A stretch of DNA of 64,000 nucleotides. Origin: Myxococcales bacterium (lineage in GTDB: Bacteria > Myxococcota > Myxococcia > Myxococcales > 40CM-4-68-19). The DNA lies in NCBI GenBank assembly GCA_035635635.1, contig DASQAS010000056.1, positions 18,666-82,665 on the forward strand. Direction: 5' to 3'. The position numbers and the translations under genes were made by a program. Numbering within the stretch: the stretch's first letter is position 1; each line of letters begins with the position of its first letter. The notes under the pieces were generated by a model, which worked only from the letters and a program-made list of their open reading frames with translations, had not been told where the DNA came from and did not search any database. Shown here one piece after another: positions 51,024-59,669 of the stretch.

Positions 51024-52739
51024 ATGCGCGTCGAGGGTGCAAAAGGGTTCCTGGCCGGATCGCCGGAAGTAAACCCTCGCTGTGGCGGGTTCTACATCGC
51101 CTGGCTGGACGGGCGGGCCTCGGTGCGGCTCGTTCCCGGCGACCGGGCCGTGGAGCCCAGGCTCTGGCAGGCGGTGGTCGACGCCTTGTCGGAAGCCCCG
51201 GACGTTCTCGCCGATACGATGGGGCTAAGGGCCCCGCAGCGGCCGTGGGAGCGGGTCGAGGTGTCGATCGGCGCCGGAGCCTACGCGGAGGGCGAGGCCG
51301 TCTCGCTCGGCTCCGGGTGCATCCGGCTCGCCGTCGGTCAGGATGCGAGCCCGGCCGATGCCGCGGCGATCGCGCAGCACGAGGCATTGCACCTGTTGCT
51401 CGCGTCGACGCTGCGGGGCGGGGAGAAGTGGTGCGACCCCGATCTAGCCTTCACCGACTGGATCGTCCGGGGAATCGAGGGGCGCTTCGCGCCCGTCATC
51501 CCGCGCTTCCGCGCCCCGCTGCCCGGCTTGCTCGACCCGGTGCCCGCCTCGCGGCAGGAGGTGCAGCGCCGGGTGGCGTCCGCCGGTGAAGACGTGGCGG
51601 CCGGCCGGCGCTACTTCGGAGAGCCGCTGCTTTCGGCGTTGCGCCGTCTCGCCGGAACGGAGGATCCGCGCATCGCGGAGCGCAAGCAGCTCTGGCTGGT
51701 AGAGGCCGCGCTGGGGACCCACTACCTCGAGGCGGCGGGGCGGCTCTGGGCGGAGGACGCGGAGATGCTCCGGCCCATCCTGCTCGACGATTGGCTGATC
51801 GACTACGAGCAGTACGCCCGGGGGGTGTCCAATCCGCCGGACGCGGCCGGGCACCTCTGGCGGATCCCGGAGGCGGGCTGGAGCCGCGACCCGGTGGTGC
51901 GCTTGTCGGTGGCCGCCCAGGCGCTCCAGCGCGACGACCATTGCTTCTTCTCGCCGGGAGCCATCCCGCACGATGCCGTGGTGTGGAAGAACCGCGGGCG
52001 CGTGCGCCTGCCGGTGGTCGCCTCCGAGCCGGGAGCGCGGCCGCCTCCGCTGCACGGTTTCCGCTCGGTGTTGCGCGCGATCGACGGCGGGAAGGTCACG
52101 CTCCTCCTGGAGGAGGCCGCGCGTGGCGCGGAGGCGTTCGAGGCGCGCGCGCTCTGGCCGCGAATCCTCGCGCGCCTGCTCGCGGCGGGGCTGCCGCTGC
52201 CGGAGGCTGAAAACTCCGCGGTCCCCGCCGTCCAGGTGATCGACGCGGAAGCGTACGCAGATTGGAGCGAGGCGGCGGCGGCGCTGCGAGCCATGCTCGG
52301 CGAGCGCGGCGCCTTCGTTCCGCGGGTGCTGCCGCCCCAGCCCGCGGCCACCGTCGCGCGCCCGAAGCGGCTGCCCACTTCGATGCTGGTGGTCCACGCC
52401 GGACCGCCGACGGCCGAGTCGCTGCTCGCGGCCCGCGAGCTGGCCGCGCGGGTGCCGGTGCGCGGCGCGCTCTTCCGCGGGGACCTGGGCGGGGGCGCAG
52501 CCTGGGAGCGGCTGCCCGACCTTCCGCTGCCGATGGATCCGCGCTACCGCGAGGAGCGGTGGCAATCGGGCCTTCTGCCCTCGGAGCTTCGGGAGCTCCC
52601 GCGGATGGTGGACGAGGCGACGCGCGAGGGGCACCTCACGACGCCTTTGTCGCACCTGCTCTCGATCGCGTCGGTCGGTCTCGAGGAGTGTCACTATCCG
52701 CGCGCCGCCGCCCGCGCGCCTCGCGAAGCGCCAGGCTGA
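51024..52739 (+). CDS. Hypothetical 571-aa protein with an HExxH motif (possible metallopeptidase), divergent from the 10-gene operon
   Basis: The ATG is preceded by GGAG 8 nt upstream. AQHEALHLLL (H119-E120-H123, nt 51378-51392) is the only recognisable motif. No signal peptide is present. Confidence 0.65.
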   Translation: MRVEGAKGFLAGSPEVNPRCGGFYIAWLDGRASVRLVPGDRAVEPRLWQAVVDALSEAPDVLADTMGLRAPQRPWERVEVSIGAGAYAEGEAVSLGSGCIRLAVGQDASPADAAAIAQHEALHLLLASTLRGGEKWCDPDLAFTDWIVRGIEGRFAPVIPRFRAPLPGLLDPVPASRQEVQRRVASAGEDVAAGRRYFGEPLLSALRRLAGTEDPRIAERKQLWLVEAALGTHYLEAAGRLWAEDAEMLRPILLDDWLIDYEQYARGVSNPPDAAGHLWRIPEAGWSRDPVVRLSVAAQALQRDDHCFFSPGAIPHDAVVWKNRGRVRLPVVASEPGARPPPLHGFRSVLRAIDGGKVTLLLEEAARGAEAFEARALWPRILARLLAAGLPLPEAENSAVPAVQVIDAEAYADWSEAAAALRAMLGERGAFVPRVLPPQPAATVARPKRLPTSMLVVHAGPPTAESLLAARELAARVPVRGALFRGDLGGGAAWERLPDLPLPMDPRYREERWQSGLLPSELRELPRMVDEATREGHLTTPLSHLLSIASVGLEECHYPRAAARAPREAPG

Positions 52740-53298
52740 AGCGCAGCGCGTACGCGGCCACCGAGGCGGGGATGACGACGGTGCGGAGGTCGGAGGCTTG
52801 CGCGAAGACCTTCGGCGCCTTGCCCCAGTTGTAGGTCAGCGCGGCGAAGGTGGCGCGATCGAGCTTGCCGCGCCAGCCGGCGGCGCGCAGCGTGCGGTTG
52901 TGGCCTGCGCGCGCGAACCGCTCGTCCCACCGGCGCCAGGCGTCCTTGTAGATGCGGGCCGCGGCGATGGCGTTGATGCGCGGATCCCAGAGCAGCCCGG
53001 GCGAGTCGAGGCGGAAGATGCCGGCCCACCAGGGCATCACCTGGAAGGCGCCGACCTCACAGGAGCGCCCCAACCAGGGGCGCAGCGTGGTCTCGGTCAT
53101 GCCCAGCGCCTCCAGCGCGTAGGGATCGACGCCTTCCTGGTTCGCCACCTCGTGCACCAGCGTCCGCAGCCACTCGCGCAGCCGGGGGTCGTCCGGGGCC
53201 TGGGGCCCGCTGCGGGCGGCGCAGGGCTCGGAAATGCCCGCGGCGCCGGCCCCGGAGGCGAGGGCCAGCGCCGCGATCACCCACACGGTGCGGTTCAC
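52636..53298 (-). CDS. Exported lytic transglycosylase (SLT domain)
   Basis: GTG at 53298 overlaps the upstream TGA. The signal peptide is MNRTVWVIAALALASGAGAAG. The SLT core is YALEALGMTETTL (catalytic Glu context)...EVGAFQVMPWW...AARIYKDAW. The 3' end overlaps the convergent gene 51024..52739 by 104 nt. Confidence 0.78.
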   Translation of the reverse strand: MNRTVWVIAALALASGAGAAGISEPCAARSGPQAPDDPRLREWLRTLVHEVANQEGVDPYALEALGMTETTLRPWLGRSCEVGAFQVMPWWAGIFRLDSPGLLWDPRINAIAAARIYKDAWRRWDERFARAGHNRTLRAAGWRGKLDRATFAALTYNWGKAPKVFAQASDLRTVVIPASVAAYALRFSLALREARGRRRADSDTPRDRPTRSRAGATKAS

Positions 53299-54143
53299 CG
53301 GTACGGATCAGCGGCTGGAGGGGCGCTCCTGCGCGCCATCGAGGCGGACACCGGCGCTACCGGCGAGGGCAGCGAGCGCGGCGCTCCCGCGCCGTCCGCT
53401 TGCGTGGCCACTTCCGTGGCCAGGCGCGCTGCCGCGCGCTGGGTCACCGCCGCCATCACGCGGGCGCGCAGCGCGAGCAGGCCGGCCTTGCGCCGCAGCG
53501 AGTACAGGCTCAGGCCGCCGTCGGGTCCGCCGGTCTCGAGCGTGCCCTTGACCAGATTGGAGATCTCCTCCTGCAGCGCCTTGTCGGCGGGGTCGCCCTG
53601 CTGGCAGGTGTCCGGAGAGAGATAGCAGGCGGAGTTGGTTAGGCGCTCGTCGCGCTCCGCCGCCACGATCTGGTCCTGGGCCTCGCGCGCGAGCCCGCCG
53701 ACGGCGTTCTCGCCCTGCTGGCCGTTCTCGGCGCCGTCCGCGTCGAGCGCGTCCACGTCGCGCAGCACGCCCTCGTAGATCCCGCGGGCCTGGTCCAGGT
53801 CCTTCTTGTATGCGGCCAGGAACTTGGCGTGCGCTGCCTGCGCGGCGCGGCCGTGCGTGCCGTCGCGCGTGACCTCGCTCTTCCAGGCCTGGTACAGGCG
53901 CCGGGTGGCGTCGCTGCGCTCCATGCCCGCGGCCTGGCCCAGCTTCACCCAGGCGCGGCTGACCCGGAGCGCGGGGCTGTCTTCGGTCTCCGCCCATTTC
54001 CCGTTGTCCGGCGGCACCGCGGGCAGGGGGATGGGCGGCAAGGGATAGGTGACGGACTCGCTCGCCTTGATGGGCTTGAACTCGTCGGCGGCACGGGCCG
54101 GCACGGCGGCCGCGAGAGCGAGGATCAAAAGGATGCGGTTCAT
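53295..54143 (-). CDS. Exported hypothetical protein (282 aa)
   Basis: ATG at 54143 gives the signal peptide MNRILLILALAAAVPARA. The body is helical. I recognise no family. Confidence 0.65.
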   Translation of the reverse strand: MNRILLILALAAAVPARAADEFKPIKASESVTYPLPPIPLPAVPPDNGKWAETEDSPALRVSRAWVKLGQAAGMERSDATRRLYQAWKSEVTRDGTHGRAAQAAHAKFLAAYKKDLDQARGIYEGVLRDVDALDADGAENGQQGENAVGGLAREAQDQIVAAERDERLTNSACYLSPDTCQQGDPADKALQEEISNLVKGTLETGGPDGGLSLYSLRRKAGLLALRARVMAAVTQRAAARLATEVATQADGAGAPRSLPSPVAPVSASMARRSAPPAADPYR

Positions 54144-54208
54144 ATGCGACTCCTCCAATGTAGGGGACACCCGATTGGGTGTCCCCAGCGGGTTGTCCCG
54201 GACTGGTA

Positions 54209-54727
54209 TCAGTACTGCCCGCCCCCACCGTTGCCGGCGCGCAGGACGGGTGCGAGCGTCTGGAGGATCTGCTCCTGGTCAGTTGGCGGCGGCGGCTTCT
54301 GTGCGGTCTGGACGGCGGCGATCTGCGCGCGCGCCGCGCCGAGCTGCTTCTGCAGCTCCTCGATCTGCTTCTTGTACGAGGCGGCCTGCGCCTGCGCGCT
54401 CTTCGTCCGCTGGACTTCGCGATCGAACTCCGCCTTGGCGACCATCGCCATGTTCTTGGCAGCGGCCATGGCGCTGCCCAGCACGTTGGGTCCTTCGGCC
54501 TTCGGGGGCAGCACCGCCGCGGGAATCGCGCCAGCCTTGACGAGCTCGGCGGCCGGCGCGGGAGCCGCCGCGGCGGTCGCCACCGGGCGGATCTCGGGCG
54601 CCGGAGGAGCGCGGCGCACGAACCAGATGAGCGTGGCGACCAGAGCCGCGCCGACCACGGCCCAGGGCCAGGTGCGCCGGGCGGGAGCGGTGTCGATCGG
54701 TTGGAACTCGGGGCGTTCGGTGGACAT
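54209..54727 (-). CDS. Single-pass membrane protein with a periplasmic coiled coil (172 aa)
   Basis: The ATG is preceded by GAGGAG. The TM helix is WPWAVVGAALVATLIWFV. An Ala/Pro linker follows, then the coiled coil AEFDREVQRTKSAQAQAASYKKQIEELQKQLGAARAQIAAVQ. Confidence 0.65.
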   Translation of the reverse strand: MSTERPEFQPIDTAPARRTWPWAVVGAALVATLIWFVRRAPPAPEIRPVATAAAAPAPAAELVKAGAIPAAVLPPKAEGPNVLGSAMAAAKNMAMVAKAEFDREVQRTKSAQAQAASYKKQIEELQKQLGAARAQIAAVQTAQKPPPPTDQEQILQTLAPVLRAGNGGGGQY

Positions 54728-54741
54728 GGGCTCTCCTCGGA

Positions 54742-55497
54742 TCAGGGGTTGTGGGCGATGGGCTTGACGGCCTGGACGCCGCGGAGGAACGCGTCGTTGA
54801 TGGCGTCGGCGAAGTTCGGCGCGGTCTCGCCGGCGAGGAACGTGACCGGAGGCGCGTCGTTGGCGTGCAGCACCCAGACGATCAGGAAGCCGCGCGAGCC
54901 GGGATCGACCGGCGTGCGCAAAGGCGCCGTGATCTTCGGGCAGCGGTCGCGCAGCTGGCGCACGGCCTCCGCGGCGGTGCGGCCCGCGTCCTGCCCCTTG
55001 TCCGCGGCGAGCTGCGCGTACGCGTCGCGCAGCTTCTGCTTCCCTTCGCTGCAGGCGTCGGAGCCTTGCTTCGTGCCGCTCACGGCGCCGCAGGCCTGCA
55101 GCACCGCGTCCACGTTGCCCGTCTGGCGCAGGGCGCTGTGGGTCACGCGGCGGGCCGACGTGCAAGCGCGCTCGATCAGCCGCGGCGAGCCGTAGTAGAC
55201 GCCGGCGCGGAAGAGCGGCATCGCCATCGCCGAGGCGAGCACCTGGCTGGACGCGGTGATGATCTCGTCGAGCCCGGCGGCGGTCATCCGGCTGCCGAGG
55301 TCGCGCTCCTGCTCGCGGCGGCGGACGTAGTTGTAGGCACCCTGGTCGGTGTCGAGGGGGCCGAGCGGCGCGATCTGCGGTCCGCGCGAGGCGTCGAGGC
55401 CCTTCTCCCAATCGCGCTCGGCCGGCAGCTGCGTCGCGTCCTCATGGGCGCAGGCCAGGAGCGCGGCCAGGGTGAGCATCAAAATGGACTTCGGCAT
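54742..55497 (-). CDS. Lipoprotein (251 aa), hypothetical
   Basis: ATG at 55497 gives the lipobox LTLAALLACA. The protein contains several Cys. I recognise no family. Confidence 0.7.
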   Translation of the reverse strand: MPKSILMLTLAALLACAHEDATQLPAERDWEKGLDASRGPQIAPLGPLDTDQGAYNYVRRREQERDLGSRMTAAGLDEIITASSQVLASAMAMPLFRAGVYYGSPRLIERACTSARRVTHSALRQTGNVDAVLQACGAVSGTKQGSDACSEGKQKLRDAYAQLAADKGQDAGRTAAEAVRQLRDRCPKITAPLRTPVDPGSRGFLIVWVLHANDAPPVTFLAGETAPNFADAINDAFLRGVQAVKPIAHNP

Positions 55498-55541
55498 GGG
55501 GAGTCCTCCTGAACTTCGCCACAGCAAAAAAATCCAGCCCG

Positions 55542-56117
55542 TCATGGAAGCGTCAGCTCCGGCAGCGGCGATCCGCTGACGGCGTCGAGCAGCGGCCCCG
55601 CCGCGTGCTCCGGGCCGTACACGGGCCAGGCGATCTCGAGGATCGCGCCCAGCCGGCGGTGCCAGGCCTGGTTCAGCTCCTCGAGGAACCGGGTGGCGCG
55701 CAAGACCGCGTCGTCGCGCCGGTCCGCGATCCGCGCCAGGCGGTGCGTGTTCTCCAGCCGCAGCGGCGGCCGGAACCAGCCTCCGGGAAGCCGCAGCGTG
55801 GGCATGCCGGACAGCCGCGCGCGCACCAGCGAGTACGGGGCGAGGGTGGGCGGTGCCAGCGAGACCAGGGGTCGATCGTACTCGGCGCAGACGGCGACCA
55901 CCGGTCCCGGACCGCGCGGCACCACCGCGCCGTCCTCCTGCCGGAACGAGGCGTTCCCGATCAGCAGCGTCAGCGCGTACAGATCGGGCGACCACCCGAG
56001 CGCGGAGGCGCGGGCGGGCTGGAGGCGGAGGGGGAGCGAGACGGAAGGCGGGCCGCGCTCGCCGGCGGCGGCCCTGCGCGGATCGCGCTCGGCTGCGAGC
56101 AGCTCGTCGGCGCTCAC
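55542..56117 (-). CDS. Hypothetical protein (191 aa)
   Basis: GTG at 56117 overlaps the upstream TGA (GTGA). There are no TM segments or signal peptide. The call rests mainly on translational coupling and codon bias. Confidence 0.5.
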   Translation of the reverse strand: MSADELLAAERDPRRAAAGERGPPSVSLPLRLQPARASALGWSPDLYALTLLIGNASFRQEDGAVVPRGPGPVVAVCAEYDRPLVSLAPPTLAPYSLVRARLSGMPTLRLPGGWFRPPLRLENTHRLARIADRRDDAVLRATRFLEELNQAWHRRLGAILEIAWPVYGPEHAAGPLLDAVSGSPLPELTLP

Positions 56118-56734
56118 GCTGCGGCTCCGCGCTGGAGGGCCGCCGCGGTCTCGGCCAGGAGCGTGTGCATGCGCGCGGCGTCCGCCTGGGCGCGCCGCGC
56201 CTGCGCCTCGGTGACCGCGAGCAGCGACTTGAGGGTGTGGAGCAGGACCTCCTCGGGGTCGCCGCCGCGCGCGTCGATGCCGTCCTCGTCCAGCCGGCGG
56301 GCGACGAGCACGATCACCGGTCCGAGCAGCATCGGGAAGGTGCCGCCGACCATCAGGAAGTACGCGTAGCTGATCTCCCGGTAGGCGCGGGCCATGGTCG
56401 CCGCCAGCGCGTCTGCGCCGACTCCTGTTCCCATCGCGTCGCCCAGGGCGCCCATGCCCAGCGCGCCGAGCAGCGTGCTCATCCCCAGGCCGAGCCCGGG
56501 GCCGAGCAGCATCATGGTCAGGGCGATCGGGCGCACCTGCTTCTGCCAGATCTCCGCGCGGCGCGCGGCGCGGATGCGGCGGGCGTCGGACGGGACGATC
56601 TCGACGCGGGCGCGCCAGGCCTGCGAGATCACCCAGCCCAGCACCGCGACCTGGATCAGGTTGATCAACAGCAGCATCGGCGCGCCGCCGTACGTGTCGA
56701 TCGAGTAGTGCCAGAAGCGGGCGAAGAGCCCCAT
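56114..56734 (-). CDS. Three-TM membrane protein, weakly MotA/TolQ/ExbB-like
   Basis: ATG at 56734. The product has MLLLINLIQVAVLGWVI...IALTMMLLGPGLGLGMSTLLGALGMG...YAYFLMVGGTFPMLLGPVIVLVARRL and a cytoplasmic coiled-coil tail. The Gly-rich TM2 and TM3 pair loosely resembles proton-channel stator proteins. Confidence 0.55.
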   Translation of the reverse strand: MGLFARFWHYSIDTYGGAPMLLLINLIQVAVLGWVISQAWRARVEIVPSDARRIRAARRAEIWQKQVRPIALTMMLLGPGLGLGMSTLLGALGMGALGDAMGTGVGADALAATMARAYREISYAYFLMVGGTFPMLLGPVIVLVARRLDEDGIDARGGDPEEVLLHTLKSLLAVTEAQARRAQADAARMHTLLAETAAALQRGAAA

Positions 56735-56809
56735 CGCGGCCTCCTTCAGGGCCCGCAAGCAAAAAATCCGGCGGGCGGCGCACGGCGCGGGCTTTTTTGC
56801 TGGCGCCGC

Positions 56810-57331
56810 ATGCGACTCGCGGTGCTCCTTGCCGGGCTGATCCTCGCCGTGCCGGTGGATGCAGCGCCGCGCCGCACGCCCTGGCTGCTCTTTCCCATCG
56901 ACGTCCGGCGCTTCGAGCACCTGTCTTCGCCCTTCGGCGTCCGCAAGCTGAACGGACACAAGAGCCTGCACCGCGGGGTGGATCTGGTGGCGCCGCAGGG
57001 CTCGTGGGTGGTCGCGGCGCGCGAGGGCAAGGTGGCCGACGCGGGACGGGCGCGCCGCTGCGGCTGGTACGTCACCGTTGAGCACGAGAACGGATGGCGC
57101 ACGGTCTACTGCCATCTGCGCTCCGACCCGCGCCGCCTGGGGATCACCGAAGGCGTTCGCGTCCCCGCGATGGGGGTGGTCGGCGAGGTGGGGAGCACCG
57201 GGCACTCCACCGGGCCACACCTGCACTTCTCGCTGCTCGATCAATTGGGCCGCGCGCAGGACCCGCTCCTGGCGCTCTACACGCCGGCGGAGACGCTGCG
57301 CGTCCTGAAGAAGATGGGGCTGGCCAGATGA
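56810..57331 (+). CDS. M23-family metalloendopeptidase (exported)
   Basis: The signal peptide is MRLAVLLAGLILAVPVDA. Motifs are HRGVDLVAP (HxxxD), GWYVTVEHENGWRTVYCHL and GSTGHSTGPHLHFSL (HxH). Confidence 0.88.
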   Translation: MRLAVLLAGLILAVPVDAAPRRTPWLLFPIDVRRFEHLSSPFGVRKLNGHKSLHRGVDLVAPQGSWVVAAREGKVADAGRARRCGWYVTVEHENGWRTVYCHLRSDPRRLGITEGVRVPAMGVVGEVGSTGHSTGPHLHFSLLDQLGRAQDPLLALYTPAETLRVLKKMGLAR

Positions 57332-59280
57332 ACGGTCTCGTCCTCCGCTCCGCGATCGAGCGCGCGCGCGTGTCCTGGCGCGGGATCGCCGCTGCTGCCC
57401 TGGGCGCGATCGCGGCCTGCCTGGCGGTCGCGTTCGCCTCGCCGCTCTCCCTGGCCGGCGGCGCCCGCGTGCAGCAGGCGGCCGCGCTCTTCGCCGCGGA
57501 CCTGGCCCAGTACCGCGCCGCGCCGGCCGACCTGCGCGCGGCGCCGCTGGTCTCGGCGGCGGCCGCCGGATACGAGGACCGCGCCTTCTTCCACCGGCCG
57601 CGCTGGGTCCCGCCGCTCAGCCCGCCCGGGATCGCGCGGGCGCTGGTCCGGAACCTGCGCGGGATCCAGCAGGGCGGCTCGACCATCCCGCAGCAGCTCG
57701 CCAAGCTCTACCTGCGCGAAGGCCCGCGGGGCGATCTGCTGGACAAGGGGAGGGAAGCGCTCTTCGCCACCTGGCTCGTGCGCCAGGCCGCGCCGGACGA
57801 GATCGCGGGCGTGTATCTGAACCTGAGCGCCGCGACCTCGATGGGCACCGCGCGCCGGCCGGCCGAAGGGCTGAACCGGCTCTCGCTGGCGTTGTTCGGC
57901 CTGCCGCTGCGCAGGCTGGCGCGGGAGGACCAGCTCGTGCTGGGCGCCTCGCCGCGCGGGGTGCAGTGGCTGCGTGCCCACCCGGTGCTCTCCGCGCACC
58001 GCATCGCCGCGACCCGCGACTGGCTCGTGTCGGAGAAGCTGTGGGACACCTCGGTCCAGTCGTACCTGGACGGCGCCGGCATCGACCCCGAGGGCGCGTT
58101 CCGGTTCGTCGAGGGCTGGACCGAGCGCGTGGCGAGCGGAGAGCTGCCCACCGCGGACCTCGACCTGGTGGCCGCGATCGATCAGTTCCGGGACGGGCTG
58201 CAGGCCGTGCTGCAGTCCGGATTTCCCGGGACCGACGTGCGCGCGGCCTTCGCGGCGCTGGGCCGCGGCGGCGCGGTGCTGGCGCGGTCGGGCGCGGAGT
58301 CCGCGCTGATGGCCGTGAACTACGGCTCGGTGGCCAAGCTCGAGGCGCTGGACCTGGCGGTCGAGGCCTTCGGGCCGGAGGCGGTGCGGGAGCTGATGCT
58401 GCCGCCCGGCGCCTGCGTACGATGGATCTGGTCGACCAAGGAACTGCGCCGGTCGCACCCGTCGCGGTACTGCCCGACGGACGTGGCGCCGGCCACGCGA
58501 CCGATGGCGCTCGACGAGGCGGTGGCGCGCTCGGTGAACTCGATGACCACCCGGCACGCGATCCTGCTGCCGGCGCTCCTTGCGCAGCGCAGGCCCGATC
58601 TGCTGCGCGAGGTGGCCAAGGAGCTCTCCCCGCAAGAGCGCGCCGCGCTGGACTCTCCAGCCGATCGCGCGCTGGCCGGCGACCTGCTCGCCCAGCTCGG
58701 CGAGGCGCTGCCGCCCGACTCGATCCCGCCAGAGCTGTCCTACAGCGCGGCGGGCGTGGCGCTCTTCCGCTACCTGCGCGACCGCCGCGAGCAGGCCGGG
58801 CTGCCCGCGGAGCGGCTTCCGGAGGACCCGACCTCGCTCCTCGGCAACTCGTCCCGGGCCACGCCGGAGCAGATCGGCGCCTACCTGCAGAGGAAGCTGT
58901 TCGCCAACGACGGAACCTGCATGCTCAGCGATACCGGCGCGCTGCTCGCGCTGCACCGCAAGGAAGGCACGCTGCGCTGGCTGGCGCAGCGCTGGCCGAG
59001 GATCGTCTTCAGCGGCAAGACCGGATCCTCCCCGCACGACGACTCGGCGGTGGCGGCGGTCGGCCTCTGCCTGGACGCGCGGCCGGTGGTGCTGATCGGC
59101 GCGCTCCGGCCGCTGCATCCGCCGCTGCCCGACGGGCTGCAGGGCTCGGTGCTGCTGCGGGGGATCGACGCGTACCTGAGGGAGCTGGCGAAGCTGCAGC
59201 GCAAGCCTTCATCGGCGCTGTTGCCGGCCTGGGCGGAGCCGCCGGCGCCGGCCGAGATCGCCGCGGAGGCCACCCCATGA
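57328..59280 (+). CDS. Class A penicillin-binding protein (GT51 glycosyltransferase plus divergent transpeptidase), 650 aa
   Basis: The ATG overlaps the M23 gene TGA. There is a TM anchor. GT51 motifs are YEDRAFFHRP and GGSTIPQQLAKL. The transpeptidase triad is GSVAKL (SxxK), SVN (SxN) and SGKTGSS (KTG). Confidence 0.82.
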   Translation: MNGLVLRSAIERARVSWRGIAAAALGAIAACLAVAFASPLSLAGGARVQQAAALFAADLAQYRAAPADLRAAPLVSAAAAGYEDRAFFHRPRWVPPLSPPGIARALVRNLRGIQQGGSTIPQQLAKLYLREGPRGDLLDKGREALFATWLVRQAAPDEIAGVYLNLSAATSMGTARRPAEGLNRLSLALFGLPLRRLAREDQLVLGASPRGVQWLRAHPVLSAHRIAATRDWLVSEKLWDTSVQSYLDGAGIDPEGAFRFVEGWTERVASGELPTADLDLVAAIDQFRDGLQAVLQSGFPGTDVRAAFAALGRGGAVLARSGAESALMAVNYGSVAKLEALDLAVEAFGPEAVRELMLPPGACVRWIWSTKELRRSHPSRYCPTDVAPATRPMALDEAVARSVNSMTTRHAILLPALLAQRRPDLLREVAKELSPQERAALDSPADRALAGDLLAQLGEALPPDSIPPELSYSAAGVALFRYLRDRREQAGLPAERLPEDPTSLLGNSSRATPEQIGAYLQRKLFANDGTCMLSDTGALLALHRKEGTLRWLAQRWPRIVFSGKTGSSPHDDSAVAAVGLCLDARPVVLIGALRPLHPPLPDGLQGSVLLRGIDAYLRELAKLQRKPSSALLPAWAEPPAPAEIAAEATP

Positions 59281-59669
59281 TGTCGAGCAAGGCGCGCAAC
59301 TCGGGGTTCGACGAGATGGAGGCGCTCATCTACCGCCTCTTCGCCGAGAAACAGTTCGCCCTGGCGCTGCTGGCGCTGGTGATGGTGGCGCAGCTCCTCT
59401 CGGCGCAGTTCCTGCTCCTCCGCCTCACGCCCCCCTCGCAGCAATCCCGGGCGGCGCCGGCGAGCACGCAGCGGCTCGACGTCCGCTGCGACGCCGGCGC
59501 CGCACGGACCCTGTCGGGGGAAGCGATCAGCCGCGAGGCAGCGAAAGGAAAGGTCGTGGTCATGCACCTCGGCGCGGCGCAGGAATCCTGTCTGGCGCAG
59601 GTGACCTCGTCGGGTGCCGCGGAGCTCGTGGTGGGGATGAACGCGGATGCAAATCCTTCCGGCCATTGA
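59277..59669 (+). CDS. Small single-TM protein (130 aa), hypothetical
   Basis: The ATG overlaps the PBP gene TGA. The TM helix is FALALLALVMVAQLLSAQFLLL. Confidence 0.55.
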   Translation: MMSSKARNSGFDEMEALIYRLFAEKQFALALLALVMVAQLLSAQFLLLRLTPPSQQSRAAPASTQRLDVRCDAGAARTLSGEAISREAAKGKVVVMHLGAAQESCLAQVTSSGAAELVVGMNADANPSGH

